Positions 9,533-19,566 of a stretch of DNA of 64,000 bases are shown here, piece after piece. The stretch covers positions 6,293-70,292 of the forward strand of contig JABICX010000017.1 in the NCBI GenBank assembly GCA_018652045.1, given 5' to 3'. This DNA comes from Candidatus Woesearchaeota archaeon. Its GTDB lineage: Archaea > Nanobdellota > Nanobdellia > UBA10117 > JABICX01. The translations under genes and the position numbers were made by a program. Each line of letters opens with the position of its first letter. Position 1 is the first letter of the stretch. The notes beneath the pieces are model-generated. The model worked only from the letters and a program-made list of their open reading frames with translations, did not search any database and was not told where the DNA came from.

Positions 9533-10255
9533 TTACTCCTTAGCGGCCGCAGCTGGTGCAGCTTCTTCTTTCTTCTCGCCTTCAGCAGATTTCTCGCCTT
9601 CAGCAGCTGGCTTAGCCTCACCCTCAACAGGTGCTGGTGCAGCAGCAGCTTCTTCTGCAGCCTCTTCAGCAGCTTCCTTAGCATCTTCTGCACGGTGCTC
9701 TGCGATCTCCGCTTGCATCTCAACTTGCTTTGCCTTCATCTCTGCAGCTGAGTGCTCTTCTAGCTTCTTCTTACCAGTAATTCTAGCTTCCCACTCATTT
9801 TTTTCCTTAACTGCTTTAATTGCATCTATTGGCATTAATCCTTCAACCTTAATACCCATAGAAGTACATGTTCCAATAAGCTCAAGAACAGCTGCTTTCA
9901 TATCTGAAGCATTTAAGCTATCGAACTTGATTCTAGCAACCTTGATTATGTTATCAATTGGTATATCTGCAACCATCTCTCGCTGTGCTTTTCCAGATGC
10001 TTTCTGTAATCCCAATTCTTTCTTAATCAGCGCAGCTGTTGGTGGCGTACCAATAGAAATCTCAAATGACTTATCGTCTTTGTTGATTGTAACCTTAACT
10101 GGCACCTGCATTCCATTCATTTCAGCAGTCTTTTCATTGATTGCGTCAACTACTTTATTTACTGGAATACCTGTAGGACCTAACTTAGGACCTAGAGGTG
10201 GACCTGCGGACGCCTTCCCACCATTTACCAGCAAATCAATTGTCTCAGTTGCCAT
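9533..10255 (-). CDS. rpl11: 50S ribosomal protein uL11 with long acidic Ala/Glu-rich C-terminal extension
   Basis: GGKASAGPPLGPKLG, GTPPTAALIKK, IGTCTSMG. Confidence 0.95.
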   Translation of the reverse strand: MATETIDLLVNGGKASAGPPLGPKLGPTGIPVNKVVDAINEKTAEMNGMQVPVKVTINKDDKSFEISIGTPPTAALIKKELGLQKASGKAQREMVADIPIDNIIKVARIKFDSLNASDMKAAVLELIGTCTSMGIKVEGLMPIDAIKAVKEKNEWEARITGKKKLEEHSAAEMKAKQVEMQAEIAEHRAEDAKEAAEEAAEEAAAAPAPVEGEAKPAAEGEKSAEGEKKEEAAPAAAAKE

Positions 10256-10305
10256 TGTTAGACCTATTTCGAGTCCTTTTTAAGCTTTATGTTACATATA
10301 GACGT

Positions 10306-10719
10306 ATGACAAACAGGGAAACCATGCAAGCAAGCGAACTTCTTCAGAAAGGTGCTTGTATTGGAAAACACACTCTTGCAGTATTTCATACAGATCAGTC
10401 ACTTGATGCTATCTATCATGGCGACATTATTATCTTTGCAGATGATGTTGATGTACAGGTAGGTGTAGATAAAAAAATGGTCTTAACTGGTTCAGAATTT
10501 TCATTATACAATGCACGATCGTATTATGTTAAAGAAGATACTACACAATTTCACGAGCAAGCAGGTATGCGTCCTTTAAGCAATCATAAAATAATGCGCG
10601 GTGTACACGTCCCATGGATTGAAGAACTTCTAGCCCATGAAGGTGTTAAAACAGATAAGAAAGATACACCTGCACATGAATTTGTAAACGAAGCTACTCG
10701 TGCAGCACATATAGCTTAG
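10306..10719 (+). CDS. Hypothetical protein inserted antisense between spt5 and rpl11
   Basis: 137 aa ORF filling the gap, TATA-like TTTTAAG upstream. Confidence 0.5.
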   Translation: MTNRETMQASELLQKGACIGKHTLAVFHTDQSLDAIYHGDIIIFADDVDVQVGVDKKMVLTGSEFSLYNARSYYVKEDTTQFHEQAGMRPLSNHKIMRGVHVPWIEELLAHEGVKTDKKDTPAHEFVNEATRAAHIA

Positions 10720-11217
10720 TTAGTCTTCAGAATCGTCTTTCTTTCCAATAACTTTTACAGAATCTAAAGCAATTGTGATTGGGATCGGAACTGCTGCTTC
10801 TAACAACTCGACAATAATCTCTGCTTTCTGTGTATTGATTCTTGTGACCTTTGCTTTCTCGCCCTTGAAAGGACCTGCAATGATCTGACAAATATCACCC
10901 AGGTGAATATCAACATTCTCTGCTTTAAACTCAATAAGATGTTCAACCTCTTCGTATGAAACTGGCTTTGGTAATATACCTCGAACATACGGAACTCTAA
11001 ATGCAATCTGCTTAACTGCTGTATCACTATCTGCTTCAATAAGAATATAACCACTCATACCGTGTGGATAGACTAGACTATGTACGCTACCCATCTTTTT
11101 TGCATTGCTAGATAGGAAGTCCATTACTTGGTCTTCTCTGCCAATTGCAGTACGTACAATATACAACTTTACCTGCATCTCTTCTTCTTTTACAGGTGCT
11201 TTCTTTTCTTCAGTCAT
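10720..11217 (-). CDS. spt5: Transcription elongation factor Spt5 (NusG)
   Basis: NGN domain (VRTAIGRE, GYILIE) and KOW motif GPFKGEKAKV. Confidence 0.95.
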   Translation of the reverse strand: MTEEKKAPVKEEEMQVKLYIVRTAIGREDQVMDFLSSNAKKMGSVHSLVYPHGMSGYILIEADSDTAVKQIAFRVPYVRGILPKPVSYEEVEHLIEFKAENVDIHLGDICQIIAGPFKGEKAKVTRINTQKAEIIVELLEAAVPIPITIALDSVKVIGKKDDSED

Positions 11218-11263
11218 CTTAATCTCCGATTGAGACTAGCCAATTGCTAGCCAATTTGTGCAG

Positions 11264-11500
11264 TTATTTGAGCAACTCCACAGCCAGGAAAATAGCAAAG
11301 CCAATGACGCCTACGATCATAATACCCAATCCAGTGACCTTAACTACTGCGATAAATTCCTCGCGGTCTGGCTTTTTTGTGATTCTATATACTCTTCGCC
11401 ATTCTTTAAGTTTTCGCTTTAGCTTGTCGGGCCACTCTGATGGTGATCCTATACTAACTTTAGGCATCTCTAACTTATCTAAATCCATATTAAGAACCAT
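11264..11500 (-). CDS. secE: Protein translocase subunit SecE/Sec61gamma
   Basis: EWRRVYRITKKPDREEF plus TM; ftsZ-secE-spt5 synteny. Confidence 0.93.
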   Translation of the reverse strand: MVLNMDLDKLEMPKVSIGSPSEWPDKLKRKLKEWRRVYRITKKPDREEFIAVVKVTGLGIMIVGVIGFAIFLAVELLK

Positions 11501-11531
11501 AAAAAGAGGTTTATAAGCTTTTTCTACGTGG

Positions 11532-12797
11532 TCAGTCTACAAACTCAATTCCCAGGTGTTCAGAAAGGTCTCTTCGCTTCTTATCAGAATATGTTCTTCG
11601 AGGTCCGAAGATCTGCGGTGATTTTACACCAACTACGACCAGCATAGTTCTTACAGTATTCTGAAGATCTGGGCTAAGCTGTGCTCCCCAGATGATCTTT
11701 GCGTTATCATCAAGCTTCTCGGATACGGTTTCTACAACCTTCTGAGCCTCTTCTAGACTCATGTTTGCGCCACCAACTACGTTAATCAGTGCGCCAGTTG
11801 CTCCAGATATCTCGACATCTAACAAAGGATTTTGAATCGCTTTCTCTACTGATTCGATTGCGCGGTGTTCTGTATCTGACTCACCAACTCCGATCATAGC
11901 AATTCCGCCAGAAGACATTACTGCCTTAATATCTGCAAAGTCTAAGTTGATCAAACCTGGCTTTGTAATAAGCTCTGCGATCCCCTTTACTGCGTTAGTA
12001 AGAATCTCGTCTGCAACCTTAAACGCTGTCTGCAAAGGTAGATCTGGTGCTAGCTCAACTAGCTTATCATTTGGTATTACAATAAGTGTGTCAACAAGGC
12101 CCTCTAAAGCCTCTAGACCCATCATAGCATTCTCGTATCTTTGCTGACCTTCCATTGTAAATGGAAGTGTAACAATTGCAACAGTTAGTATTCCTAACTT
12201 CTTTGCGATCTCAGCAATTATTGGAACGGATCCCGTTCCAGTTCCACCACCAAGACCACAGGTTAAGAAAACCATGTGCGAATCTTTTAAGATGGCTTTA
12301 ATATCATTCTCAGACTCATGTGCTGCTTCTTTTCCAATCTCGGGGTTGGAACCTGATCCAAGACCGGCGGTTATCTCCTTCCCAATCAATAACTTGCGAT
12401 CTGCGATCGACTTTAATAGATCTTGAGCGTCAGTATTTACTGCGATCGTTTGTGCGCCAATAACTCCGATCTCAGCGATACGTGTAATCGTGTTGTTTCC
12501 TGCGCCACCACATCCAACAACCTTAATTCGAGCCTTCTTTGCCTGAAGAATCTTCTGAAGTTCTTCGTCATCTGCACTTATCTGTGGCTTTGACTCTTCT
12601 TGGTAACTAAAACTTGGTGCTGCAGCTGGTTGTGGTGCAGGTTGTGCAAAAGAAGGTGTGACTGGTTGTGGTTGTGGTTCTGGATCAGAACCGCCAAATC
12701 CAAAATCAAAGGGTTGTGATTCAGAAGTAGACTTTGTAGATTGTTGTTCAGCTTCGCGATCTGCACGTTCTTGCGCACTCTCAATAAAGGACTCCAT
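11532..12797 (-). CDS. ftsZ: Cell division protein FtsZ with P/Q-rich N-terminal extension
   Basis: [31 protein letters not shown]. Confidence 0.97.
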   Translation of the reverse strand: MESFIESAQERADREAEQQSTKSTSESQPFDFGFGGSDPEPQPQPVTPSFAQPAPQPAAAPSFSYQEESKPQISADDEELQKILQAKKARIKVVGCGGAGNNTITRIAEIGVIGAQTIAVNTDAQDLLKSIADRKLLIGKEITAGLGSGSNPEIGKEAAHESENDIKAILKDSHMVFLTCGLGGGTGTGSVPIIAEIAKKLGILTVAIVTLPFTMEGQQRYENAMMGLEALEGLVDTLIVIPNDKLVELAPDLPLQTAFKVADEILTNAVKGIAELITKPGLINLDFADIKAVMSSGGIAMIGVGESDTEHRAIESVEKAIQNPLLDVEISGATGALINVVGGANMSLEEAQKVVETVSEKLDDNAKIIWGAQLSPDLQNTVRTMLVVVGVKSPQIFGPRRTYSDKKRRDLSEHLGIEFVD

Positions 12798-12852
12798 GAT
12801 ACCAGAATTAGTGCTAGATTTTTTATAAGGTTTCCTAGCTTTTAGAAGATAA

Positions 12853-13497
12853 TTATCCCGCGAACTTGATACTAATGCCTGCTACGTGTTTCTCAATCTC
12901 CTTAGAAATCACGTCAGTAATTTGTTTAGGAACTTGCTGATCTAGCTTCAGAGTAGCGGTTTTTTCCTTAATGGAAACTTCGCAAGGAATACCTAAGAGC
13001 TTTGTTATAGATTCCACTTGCGTTTGCTTATCCGTTATAATCTTACGAACCTTAGCCCAATAATGTAACTCTTTTCCAGAAAGTGGATGATTAAAGTCAA
13101 GTATTACTCTGCCACCTGAAACACTTCTAACGGTAGCCATAGCACCATCAACATCTAACTGCATACCTGGAATTGGATTGATATCCTTCTTCTTTAGCAC
13201 AGATAATGAAGTTAGTTGAATCAATTTTGGATTCTTTCTACCAAACGCGTCCTCTGGCTTAAGATCAAACTCAAACTCTGCACCTACTTCTTTTCCAGAT
13301 ACTGCGACGTCAAAACCTGCGATTAGCTGTCCTGAGCCAATACACGCGACCATTGGTTCAAACTTACCTTGCGCAGCTATACCTTCTTTCTTAGCAATAG
13401 CCTCGACAGTAAGATCAAATATCTGGCCTGTAGACTTAATCCTACCTACGAAATCTAATTCGATAAAGTCTCCTTTTTTTGTTTTGACCATAACCAT
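12853..13497 (-). CDS. slyD: FKBP-type peptidyl-prolyl isomerase (SlyD-like, long archaeal form)
   Basis: GQIFDLT, PEDAFG, DFNHPLSGK. Confidence 0.9.
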   Translation of the reverse strand: MVMVKTKKGDFIELDFVGRIKSTGQIFDLTVEAIAKKEGIAAQGKFEPMVACIGSGQLIAGFDVAVSGKEVGAEFEFDLKPEDAFGRKNPKLIQLTSLSVLKKKDINPIPGMQLDVDGAMATVRSVSGGRVILDFNHPLSGKELHYWAKVRKIITDKQTQVESITKLLGIPCEVSIKEKTATLKLDQQVPKQITDVISKEIEKHVAGISIKFAG

Positions 13498-13524
13498 GCT
13501 AAGAGAGTCTACTTAAAAGTCTTT

Positions 13525-13965
13525 CTAGAATAGGAACTGCCAAACATAGAATCCATCATTTGGCGAGATCGGTAAGATATTTACACCAAATGAAACAAAA
13601 GATGCGGTAATCAATACTAATAACAAGATCTTACTAACGTCACTCCGATTAGCACCAAAGTAAAACAAAAGTCCTAAACACGCAATTACTAAGTTTGCCA
13701 GAGGTCCTGCAACCGCGATTGCTGCGTCAGTACCTACGGTTTCTGAGTGTTCTGATTCATACTGAACATATGCGATGTTTGACTCTGCTGACAGAAAACC
13801 ACTGATATTATCGTCTGGTTGAGTAAAGTGCATCTCTGGATGATTACCACCAAGATCTGCTACAGCATAGTGTGCGCCTTCATGAGCTAATACATTGAAT
13901 CCAATGCTAGCTACAAATACTGCTACGAAAAGTGCTGCTAGTGCTGTAAACTTTACTACTTTCAT
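13525..13965 (-). CDS. Small M50-like membrane zinc metallopeptidase
   Basis: HEGAH, AVAGPLAN and NILPISPNDG motifs. Confidence 0.7.
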   Translation of the reverse strand: MKVVKFTALAALFVAVFVASIGFNVLAHEGAHYAVADLGGNHPEMHFTQPDDNISGFLSAESNIAYVQYESEHSETVGTDAAIAVAGPLANLVIACLGLLFYFGANRSDVSKILLLVLITASFVSFGVNILPISPNDGFYVWQFLF

Positions 13966-13991
13966 TAATTAGTAGTACACTTTATTGCTTT

Positions 13992-16658
13992 TTAAGCCTT
14001 ACTCTTTACCATTTTGTATACTTCACTGACCAAAACGACTGTGAAACCAATACCTACCACCCATATCCAATCTAGCGCCGCCAGAGGAGTTGTACCAAAA
14101 GCTGCGTTAAAGAACGGTACATATACAACAATTAACTGCAAAATAACTGAGCTAGAGACTGCTAGCAATAACCATTTATTATTCCAGAAAGACCGACTAA
14201 AGACACTTCGTTCAGTCCTAGAGTTAAAGACATTCCACATCTGGAACATTACTATCGTAGAAAATGCCATCGTTCTAGCATACGCCAAATCTTGTGCTAG
14301 ATACTTATAGAAAACACCAACAGTACCAATCATAACCACAACACCTACAACTGCTATAAACGCCCACATCTGCTTGTCGATTGTAGACTCCTGCGAACTT
14401 CTAGGTGGCCGGCTCATGATATTCTTTTCCGGCGGATCAATACCAAGTGCTAATGCAGGCACACCATCTGTCAACAGATTCATCCACAGTATCTGCACCG
14501 CGATCAAAGGTAGCGCCAATCCCATCAATGAAGCTGCAAAAATCGTAAGAACCTCCCCAACATTTGATGAAAGTAGATAACGAATAAAGTTCTTAATATT
14601 ATCATATATACCTCGACCTTCTTCAACCGCTTTTACAATCGTAGCGAAGTTGTCGTTCTGCAGAACCATCGCACTTGCCTCTTTAGCGACATCGGTTCCA
14701 ACAATACCCATCGCAATACCAATATCTGCGTTCTTTAATGCAGGCGCATCATTAACACCATCACCAGTCATTGCAACTACCTCTCCGTGCTTCTGCCAGG
14801 CTTTCAATATCCTTACTTTATGTTCTGGCGAGACTCGTGCATACACATTAATACCTCGCAACTTCGTGTAAAACTCTGTTGGATTCAATCGATCAAGTTC
14901 AGCGCCAGTCATAACCTCTGCACCATCAAGTATCCCCAACTGATCTGCGATTGCTTTAGCAGTTGCTTCATGATCGCCTGTAATCATAATAGTTCGAATC
15001 CCTGCTTTCTTACAGATCTCAATAGCAGGTTTAACCTCTTCTCTTGGCGGATCAATCATTCCTTGCAAACCAACAAAAACGAGCCCTTTCTCTACGGTTT
15101 TTGCGTCAAACTTCGTAACATTCGCAGGCAGCACACGATATGCCATACCAAGAACTCGCAGAGCACCTTCCGCCATCTTTCGGTTAGCGTTAAGGATCTC
15201 CTTGCGGTCCTTTGAAGTAATCTTTTTCACAGATCCGTTCTTGAATATATGCGTACATCTAGCAAGTAAAAGTTCTGGAGCCCCTTTAACGTAAGCTATC
15301 TTCTTCTTTGTCGGAGTTGAATACGCGATAGTCATTAACTTTCTAACTGAATCAAATGGAATCTCTCCAATGTGTTTATACTTTCGAAGTAGATTGTCTT
15401 TCAGAATCTTGGCTTTATACGCCGAAACAATCAACGCGCCTTCAGTTGGATCACCATATACACCCCAACGACGATTCTTCTCAAGTCTTGCAGTTGTACA
15501 TAACGTACCAATGGTAAGCACCAGACTTAGCGCACGATTAGCTAACGCATTTACACTTTTCTTTCCAGAAAAGAACTGCCCAACAGGCGAATAACCTGCG
15601 CCAGTAACGGTAACAATCTTTCCGTCAACATATATCTGCTGTACAGTCATCTCGTTCTTTGTCAAAGTTCCAGTCTTATCTGAACAAATAACTGTGGTAG
15701 CTCCCAAAGTCTCAACTGCCGGTAGCTTTCTTATTAATGACTTAGCTTTAGCCATACGAGTTAGTCCTAACGCAAGAGTAATCGTAACAATGGCTGGCAA
15801 ACCTTCTGGAACTGCTGCGACTGCTAATGCAATAGATGTTATTAGCATATCAAAGAGCTCTCCACCACGGAACATACCTAACCCAAAGATAGCGACTGCG
15901 ATGAGTATAACTGCAACTCCAATAGTTTTACCGACATGTGCTAGTTTTTTCTGTAAGGGTGTATCTCGCTCATCAGTATCCTGTATCATCTTAGCAACTC
16001 TCCCAATCTCAGTATCCATTGCTGTAGAGACGACAATCGCAGTACCTCGACCGCGAGTAACTGCAGTATTCATAAATATCATGTCTTTACGGTCTGCTAC
16101 TGCTGCCTTGGCAACAACTTTATCACCTAATTTCTCTACTGGCGTTGACTCGCCAGTAAGCGTTGATTCATCTATCTGCAAGCTAAAAGATTCTATAATA
16201 CGTGCGTCAGCAGGCACTCTCGCACCTTCTTCAACCAAAATGATATCGCCAACAACAAGCTTCTGAGCAGCAATTATCTGTATCTTTCCATCACGAATAA
16301 CATTGGCCTTTGGTGCAGATAGTTTCTTCAGAGCCTCAATCGCTTTTTCTGCACGATATTCCTGAACAAAACCCAGCACACCATTTACGATAACAATAAT
16401 CGCTATAACTGCTGCGTCAACCATCTCACCAACAGCAACAGAAATAAGTACTGCTGCAATCAGAAGTAGCACTAACAGACTTTCGAACTGTTCAGCAAAG
16501 ATCAAAAGAGGTGACTTACCTTTAGCCTTCTTCAACACGTTTGGTCCATTCTTTCTGAGACGTTCAGTAGATTCCCTGGAAGATAAACCTTTTTCGTTAG
16601 ACTTCAGTTCACTGAAAACTTGCTCTTTAGAAAGAGAATGCCAACTAATCTCACCCAT
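13992..16658 (-). CDS. P-type IIA (Ca2+-transporting, SERCA-like) ATPase
   Basis: LTGES, PEGLP, DKTGTLT, KGAPE, MITGDH, GDGVND, NVGE, NLLTDG. Confidence 0.95.
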   Translation of the reverse strand: MGEISWHSLSKEQVFSELKSNEKGLSSRESTERLRKNGPNVLKKAKGKSPLLIFAEQFESLLVLLLIAAVLISVAVGEMVDAAVIAIIVIVNGVLGFVQEYRAEKAIEALKKLSAPKANVIRDGKIQIIAAQKLVVGDIILVEEGARVPADARIIESFSLQIDESTLTGESTPVEKLGDKVVAKAAVADRKDMIFMNTAVTRGRGTAIVVSTAMDTEIGRVAKMIQDTDERDTPLQKKLAHVGKTIGVAVILIAVAIFGLGMFRGGELFDMLITSIALAVAAVPEGLPAIVTITLALGLTRMAKAKSLIRKLPAVETLGATTVICSDKTGTLTKNEMTVQQIYVDGKIVTVTGAGYSPVGQFFSGKKSVNALANRALSLVLTIGTLCTTARLEKNRRWGVYGDPTEGALIVSAYKAKILKDNLLRKYKHIGEIPFDSVRKLMTIAYSTPTKKKIAYVKGAPELLLARCTHIFKNGSVKKITSKDRKEILNANRKMAEGALRVLGMAYRVLPANVTKFDAKTVEKGLVFVGLQGMIDPPREEVKPAIEICKKAGIRTIMITGDHEATAKAIADQLGILDGAEVMTGAELDRLNPTEFYTKLRGINVYARVSPEHKVRILKAWQKHGEVVAMTGDGVNDAPALKNADIGIAMGIVGTDVAKEASAMVLQNDNFATIVKAVEEGRGIYDNIKNFIRYLLSSNVGEVLTIFAASLMGLALPLIAVQILWMNLLTDGVPALALGIDPPEKNIMSRPPRSSQESTIDKQMWAFIAVVGVVVMIGTVGVFYKYLAQDLAYARTMAFSTIVMFQMWNVFNSRTERSVFSRSFWNNKWLLLAVSSSVILQLIVVYVPFFNAAFGTTPLAALDWIWVVGIGFTVVLVSEVYKMVKSKA

Positions 16659-16734
16659 ATCTGCAAGATACGCTAATTGTATAAATAACTTACCAAATCA
16701 AAGCTCTTATAAGGTTTTTGAACCAAATACAGAT

Positions 16735-17226
16735 ATGACAGATTTATCTGCTGTAACCGCAAGAGACTGCTCAGAAGAACAAAAAGAAATTACTAAAACG
16801 ATCTCTGAAGTAATGCTCGAGACTGGAAACGAAGGTTGGGTACAAAGCAGTGAAAAAGGAGTAGAGATGTGTTTAGACCCTGAAGCAACAGATCAAACTA
16901 TTCTTAGGGTAAGGGGTAAGTTCAAGAGTTATATAAAATTACCAACGACTGTAGACTACTTATTTTTAAACGATGGAATCTTAATTATTGGAACACCAAA
17001 CATACCGCATGAACTAAGCCCGCATTTTGACAACACAAAATTCCCACCACAACAACAGACATATAAGATCGGAGCAGGACAATGTATTACGATATGTGGT
17101 GAAACTCAACATAAATTTGAGCCAGAGCACCCAATTGGACACTCTTTATTCCTAATAGCAAAGGATATTGAAGGTAGACGCAATCCATACATTCCACCTT
17201 CACCAATACTTGATGAAGATTATTAG
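16735..17226 (+). CDS. Hypothetical protein, possible cupin-like fold
   Basis: IGAGQCITICGETQHKF resembles cupin motif 2. Confidence 0.45.
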   Translation: MTDLSAVTARDCSEEQKEITKTISEVMLETGNEGWVQSSEKGVEMCLDPEATDQTILRVRGKFKSYIKLPTTVDYLFLNDGILIIGTPNIPHELSPHFDNTKFPPQQQTYKIGAGQCITICGETQHKFEPEHPIGHSLFLIAKDIEGRRNPYIPPSPILDEDY

Positions 17227-17274
17227 TTCTTAATCAAAACCTTTAAAACAGTCTCATTAACTACTTTTAACATT

Positions 17275-17348
17275 GGGGCGGTAGCTTAGTCTGGGAGAGC
17301 GCGCGACTGAAGATCGTGAGATCGTGGGTCCGAATCCCACCCACCCCA
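17275..17348 (+). tRNA. tRNA-Phe(GAA), with C5:A68 mismatch and TCC T-loop
   Basis: Cloverleaf GGGGCGG..CCACCCC-A, anticodon arm CGCGA-CTGAAGA-TCGTG; CCA not encoded. Confidence 0.9.
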
Positions 17349-17395
17349 TATTCTAATTCCAGAAACATTTTAAACCAATAAACATGCTTTTCTAC

Positions 17396-17503
17396 ATGTC
17401 ATCGAACAAAGTAAAGATGACATCTTTTGATTAATCCGAGCTAACGTAAGACGTTAGCGTGGTCCCATTGATCTTAGATCAATTAGGACTTTTGTCAAAA
17501 GAT
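17396..17503. ncRNA. Unidentified highly structured element between tRNA-Phe and tRNA-Ser
   Basis: Perfect inverted repeats ATGTCATC/GATGACAT, ATCTTTTGA/TCAAAAGAT, GCTAACGT/ACGTTAGC, ATTGATCT/AGATCAAT. Confidence 0.5.
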
Positions 17504-17506
17504 TAT

Positions 17507-17588
17507 GCCGGGGTGGCACAGTCTGGTACTGCGCGGCCCTGCTAAGGCCGTTCCCTTGGGTTCATGGGTTCAAATCCCATCCCCGGCG
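17507..17588 (+). tRNA. tRNA-Ser(GCT)
   Basis: GCCGGGG/CCCCGGC-G, CGGCC-CTGCTAA-GGCCG, long variable arm, TTCAAAT T-loop. Confidence 0.95.
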
Positions 17589-17621
17589 CTATTTCTAACT
17601 ACTTATATAAAGATGATAAAA

Positions 17622-17889
17622 GTGGGCGAGCCTGAAGTTGACATATGAACCAACTACTGGTATTCCTCAAAGCCAACTCCACGCCGTATCTCTGAAGCAC
17701 ATTATGAACAAGCTACGGTTGCTGCATTCCTGCCCTGGCCGGGTTCACATGAACGTAATACCAACAGAGGCGACGCTTCGACGTCAACGATGAGGCCAAT
17801 AACCGGAACGTATGCCGCCCACAGGTTTTCAGTTCCCATAAAGATGATTTAGGGTAACAGCTGCGCACCTACATCAGCCAACCTAGCCC
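17622..17889 (-). ncRNA. ffs: Archaeal SRP RNA (7S)
   Basis: Minus strand starts GGGCTAGG and ends CTCGCCCAC (helix 1 pairing); helix 8 motif GGCCAGGGCAGGAATGCAGCAACC; ends approximate. Confidence 0.88.
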
Positions 17890-17965
17890 ATCTTCAATCC
17901 ATTTTTCACCTTTAAAAAACTAACGAATAGGAGATCGTAAAGCGTATAAATGTTTCCTTACTTTT

Positions 17966-18400
17966 ATGAGTATGATAACTTTTCCGTGCATGAATTGGTA
18001 TTACTTTCGTGAATCATTACCATTCGACATAGATCATATCCAAGACATATATATGCAAAACGGATTTGCTGCTAAAGCTAAACATGAAATCTGGTCGCTA
18101 TTAGACAGTCCCCGCGTTGATATTGGAAAAGATAGATCAGGTAAGATCCGTGCTAAAGTCTGGTTGATGACGCCACAGTGTATCTTAGTTGAACATGCTC
18201 CAGGCATTACTGCTGTAGACGAAACGCTTAAGGATCTTTTAGCAGCACACTGGGAAGAAGTTTCATTAAGAAACGTATCCTGCCACACACCAAGTAGGAA
18301 ACGGCACAGTATTAGCCCAAATGAATTAAATCACATAAAAATGGAAATTATCGATCGAGTTATAGCACGACTTCCACTTACAGAAACAATTCGTGATTAA
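17966..18400 (+). CDS. Hypothetical protein
   Basis: 144 aa ORF with upstream TATAAA, convergent with rfcL. Confidence 0.5.
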   Translation: MSMITFPCMNWYYFRESLPFDIDHIQDIYMQNGFAAKAKHEIWSLLDSPRVDIGKDRSGKIRAKVWLMTPQCILVEHAPGITAVDETLKDLLAAHWEEVSLRNVSCHTPSRKRHSISPNELNHIKMEIIDRVIARLPLTETIRD

Positions 18401-19566
18401 ATCCCAAGACTAGTTGTTATCTTGTTATACATGCGCTTATTGTGTTGCTCGATGAAGTTGAGATAGGGTAAGAAGTCTCTCTGCAGAACATGCGCAGAAC
18501 AGTGAAGCTTACCTTCTAACTGTGCAGCGATACCTTGTGCTTTTTTCTTCTTTGCTGCTCGTTGCCAGAGTCGGATGATCAACTTAGGTTTCTTATACAT
18601 AACAACATCTCTATTAGATTCTTTCTTTGCCTGTTGTACACCTACAACCGATAATACTCGAGCATAGTTCAAAAAACGCCAATGTTGTCTTCTACGAATA
18701 CGTTTAAGAAACACGTCACTCATACTCACCGACTCAATTGCAGCAGGTATAGATTTTATGTCATATTCCCAAGGTATGCTCTGCTCGAGCCACAGGTTTA
18801 GACTATTGATATCTTCTTTTATGTCATATGAAACTGCTAGTGCTTTTTTTGAGTCAAAACTCTTAAAGATAAATCGCATCGCGTCTGTTATAACTTCGTC
18901 TCGCTCACGATCCCAAAGGTAAAGATCTTCGTCAGAGATATTGCCATCTGCACCTAATGATTGCAGGTCATTTATTGCAGCGCGTAGATCACCATCAACT
19001 GTTGCAGCTAATTTTCGAACTGCGATCTCATCAAAAACTACATCCTCGCTTTTACATATACGTGTAAGTTGTTCAATAACCATCTGAGAACTTAACTTAT
19101 TCATCGCGATTGATTGACAATGATTTCGTAAGGTTTTGAACTTATCTGACCACGGATCATTCGCAGTTATGAATATCGGAAACTTTGTCTCCTTTATCAC
19201 ATCAACAACCGCGCCGACACCACCTCGATCTTTCTGGCCAGACATACCATCTACTTCATCAATCAAAATAATCTTACTTGCTCCAAAGATACTTGCTTGT
19301 TTAGTTGCAGGATCTAATATTTGCTTAACATGTTCCTTATTCCTAAAGTCTGATGCGTTGATCTCGACAATCTCTAAATTCGCTTGGTTAGCTAATGCAT
19401 AAACTAATGAAGTCTTACCGCAGCCCGGTGGACCATATAACAATAATGCTTTCTTAGGAGCTCTATTGAAAAGCTTCCAGAAAGTATATGCAGTAGTTAC
19501 TGCGCTAGACTGACCAATAACTTCATTGAGGTTCTTCGGCTGGTATTTTTGTACCCAAAGTTTCAT
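18397..19566 (-). CDS. rfcL: Replication factor C large subunit
   Basis: WVQKYQP, GPPGCGKT, EINASDFR, IDEVDG, GDLRAAINDLQ. Confidence 0.95.
   Translation of the reverse strand: MKLWVQKYQPKNLNEVIGQSSAVTTAYTFWKLFNRAPKKALLLYGPPGCGKTSLVYALANQANLEIVEINASDFRNKEHVKQILDPATKQASIFGASKIILIDEVDGMSGQKDRGGVGAVVDVIKETKFPIFITANDPWSDKFKTLRNHCQSIAMNKLSSQMVIEQLTRICKSEDVVFDEIAVRKLAATVDGDLRAAINDLQSLGADGNISDEDLYLWDRERDEVITDAMRFIFKSFDSKKALAVSYDIKEDINSLNLWLEQSIPWEYDIKSIPAAIESVSMSDVFLKRIRRRQHWRFLNYARVLSVVGVQQAKKESNRDVVMYKKPKLIIRLWQRAAKKKKAQGIAAQLEGKLHCSAHVLQRDFLPYLNFIEQHNKRMYNKITTSLGI

Noticed and set aside
9487-9723. N-terminal extension of AlaRS in the ORF track
   Set aside because: Alternative frame of the rpl11 low-complexity tail; GGAGG SD site precedes the ATG at 9486
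14014-16266. Plus-strand ORFs antisense to the P-type ATPase, and similar shadow ORFs opposite ftsZ, ileS, mcm, copA and uppP
   Set aside because: Fully contained antisense shadows of well-supported genes with no motifs
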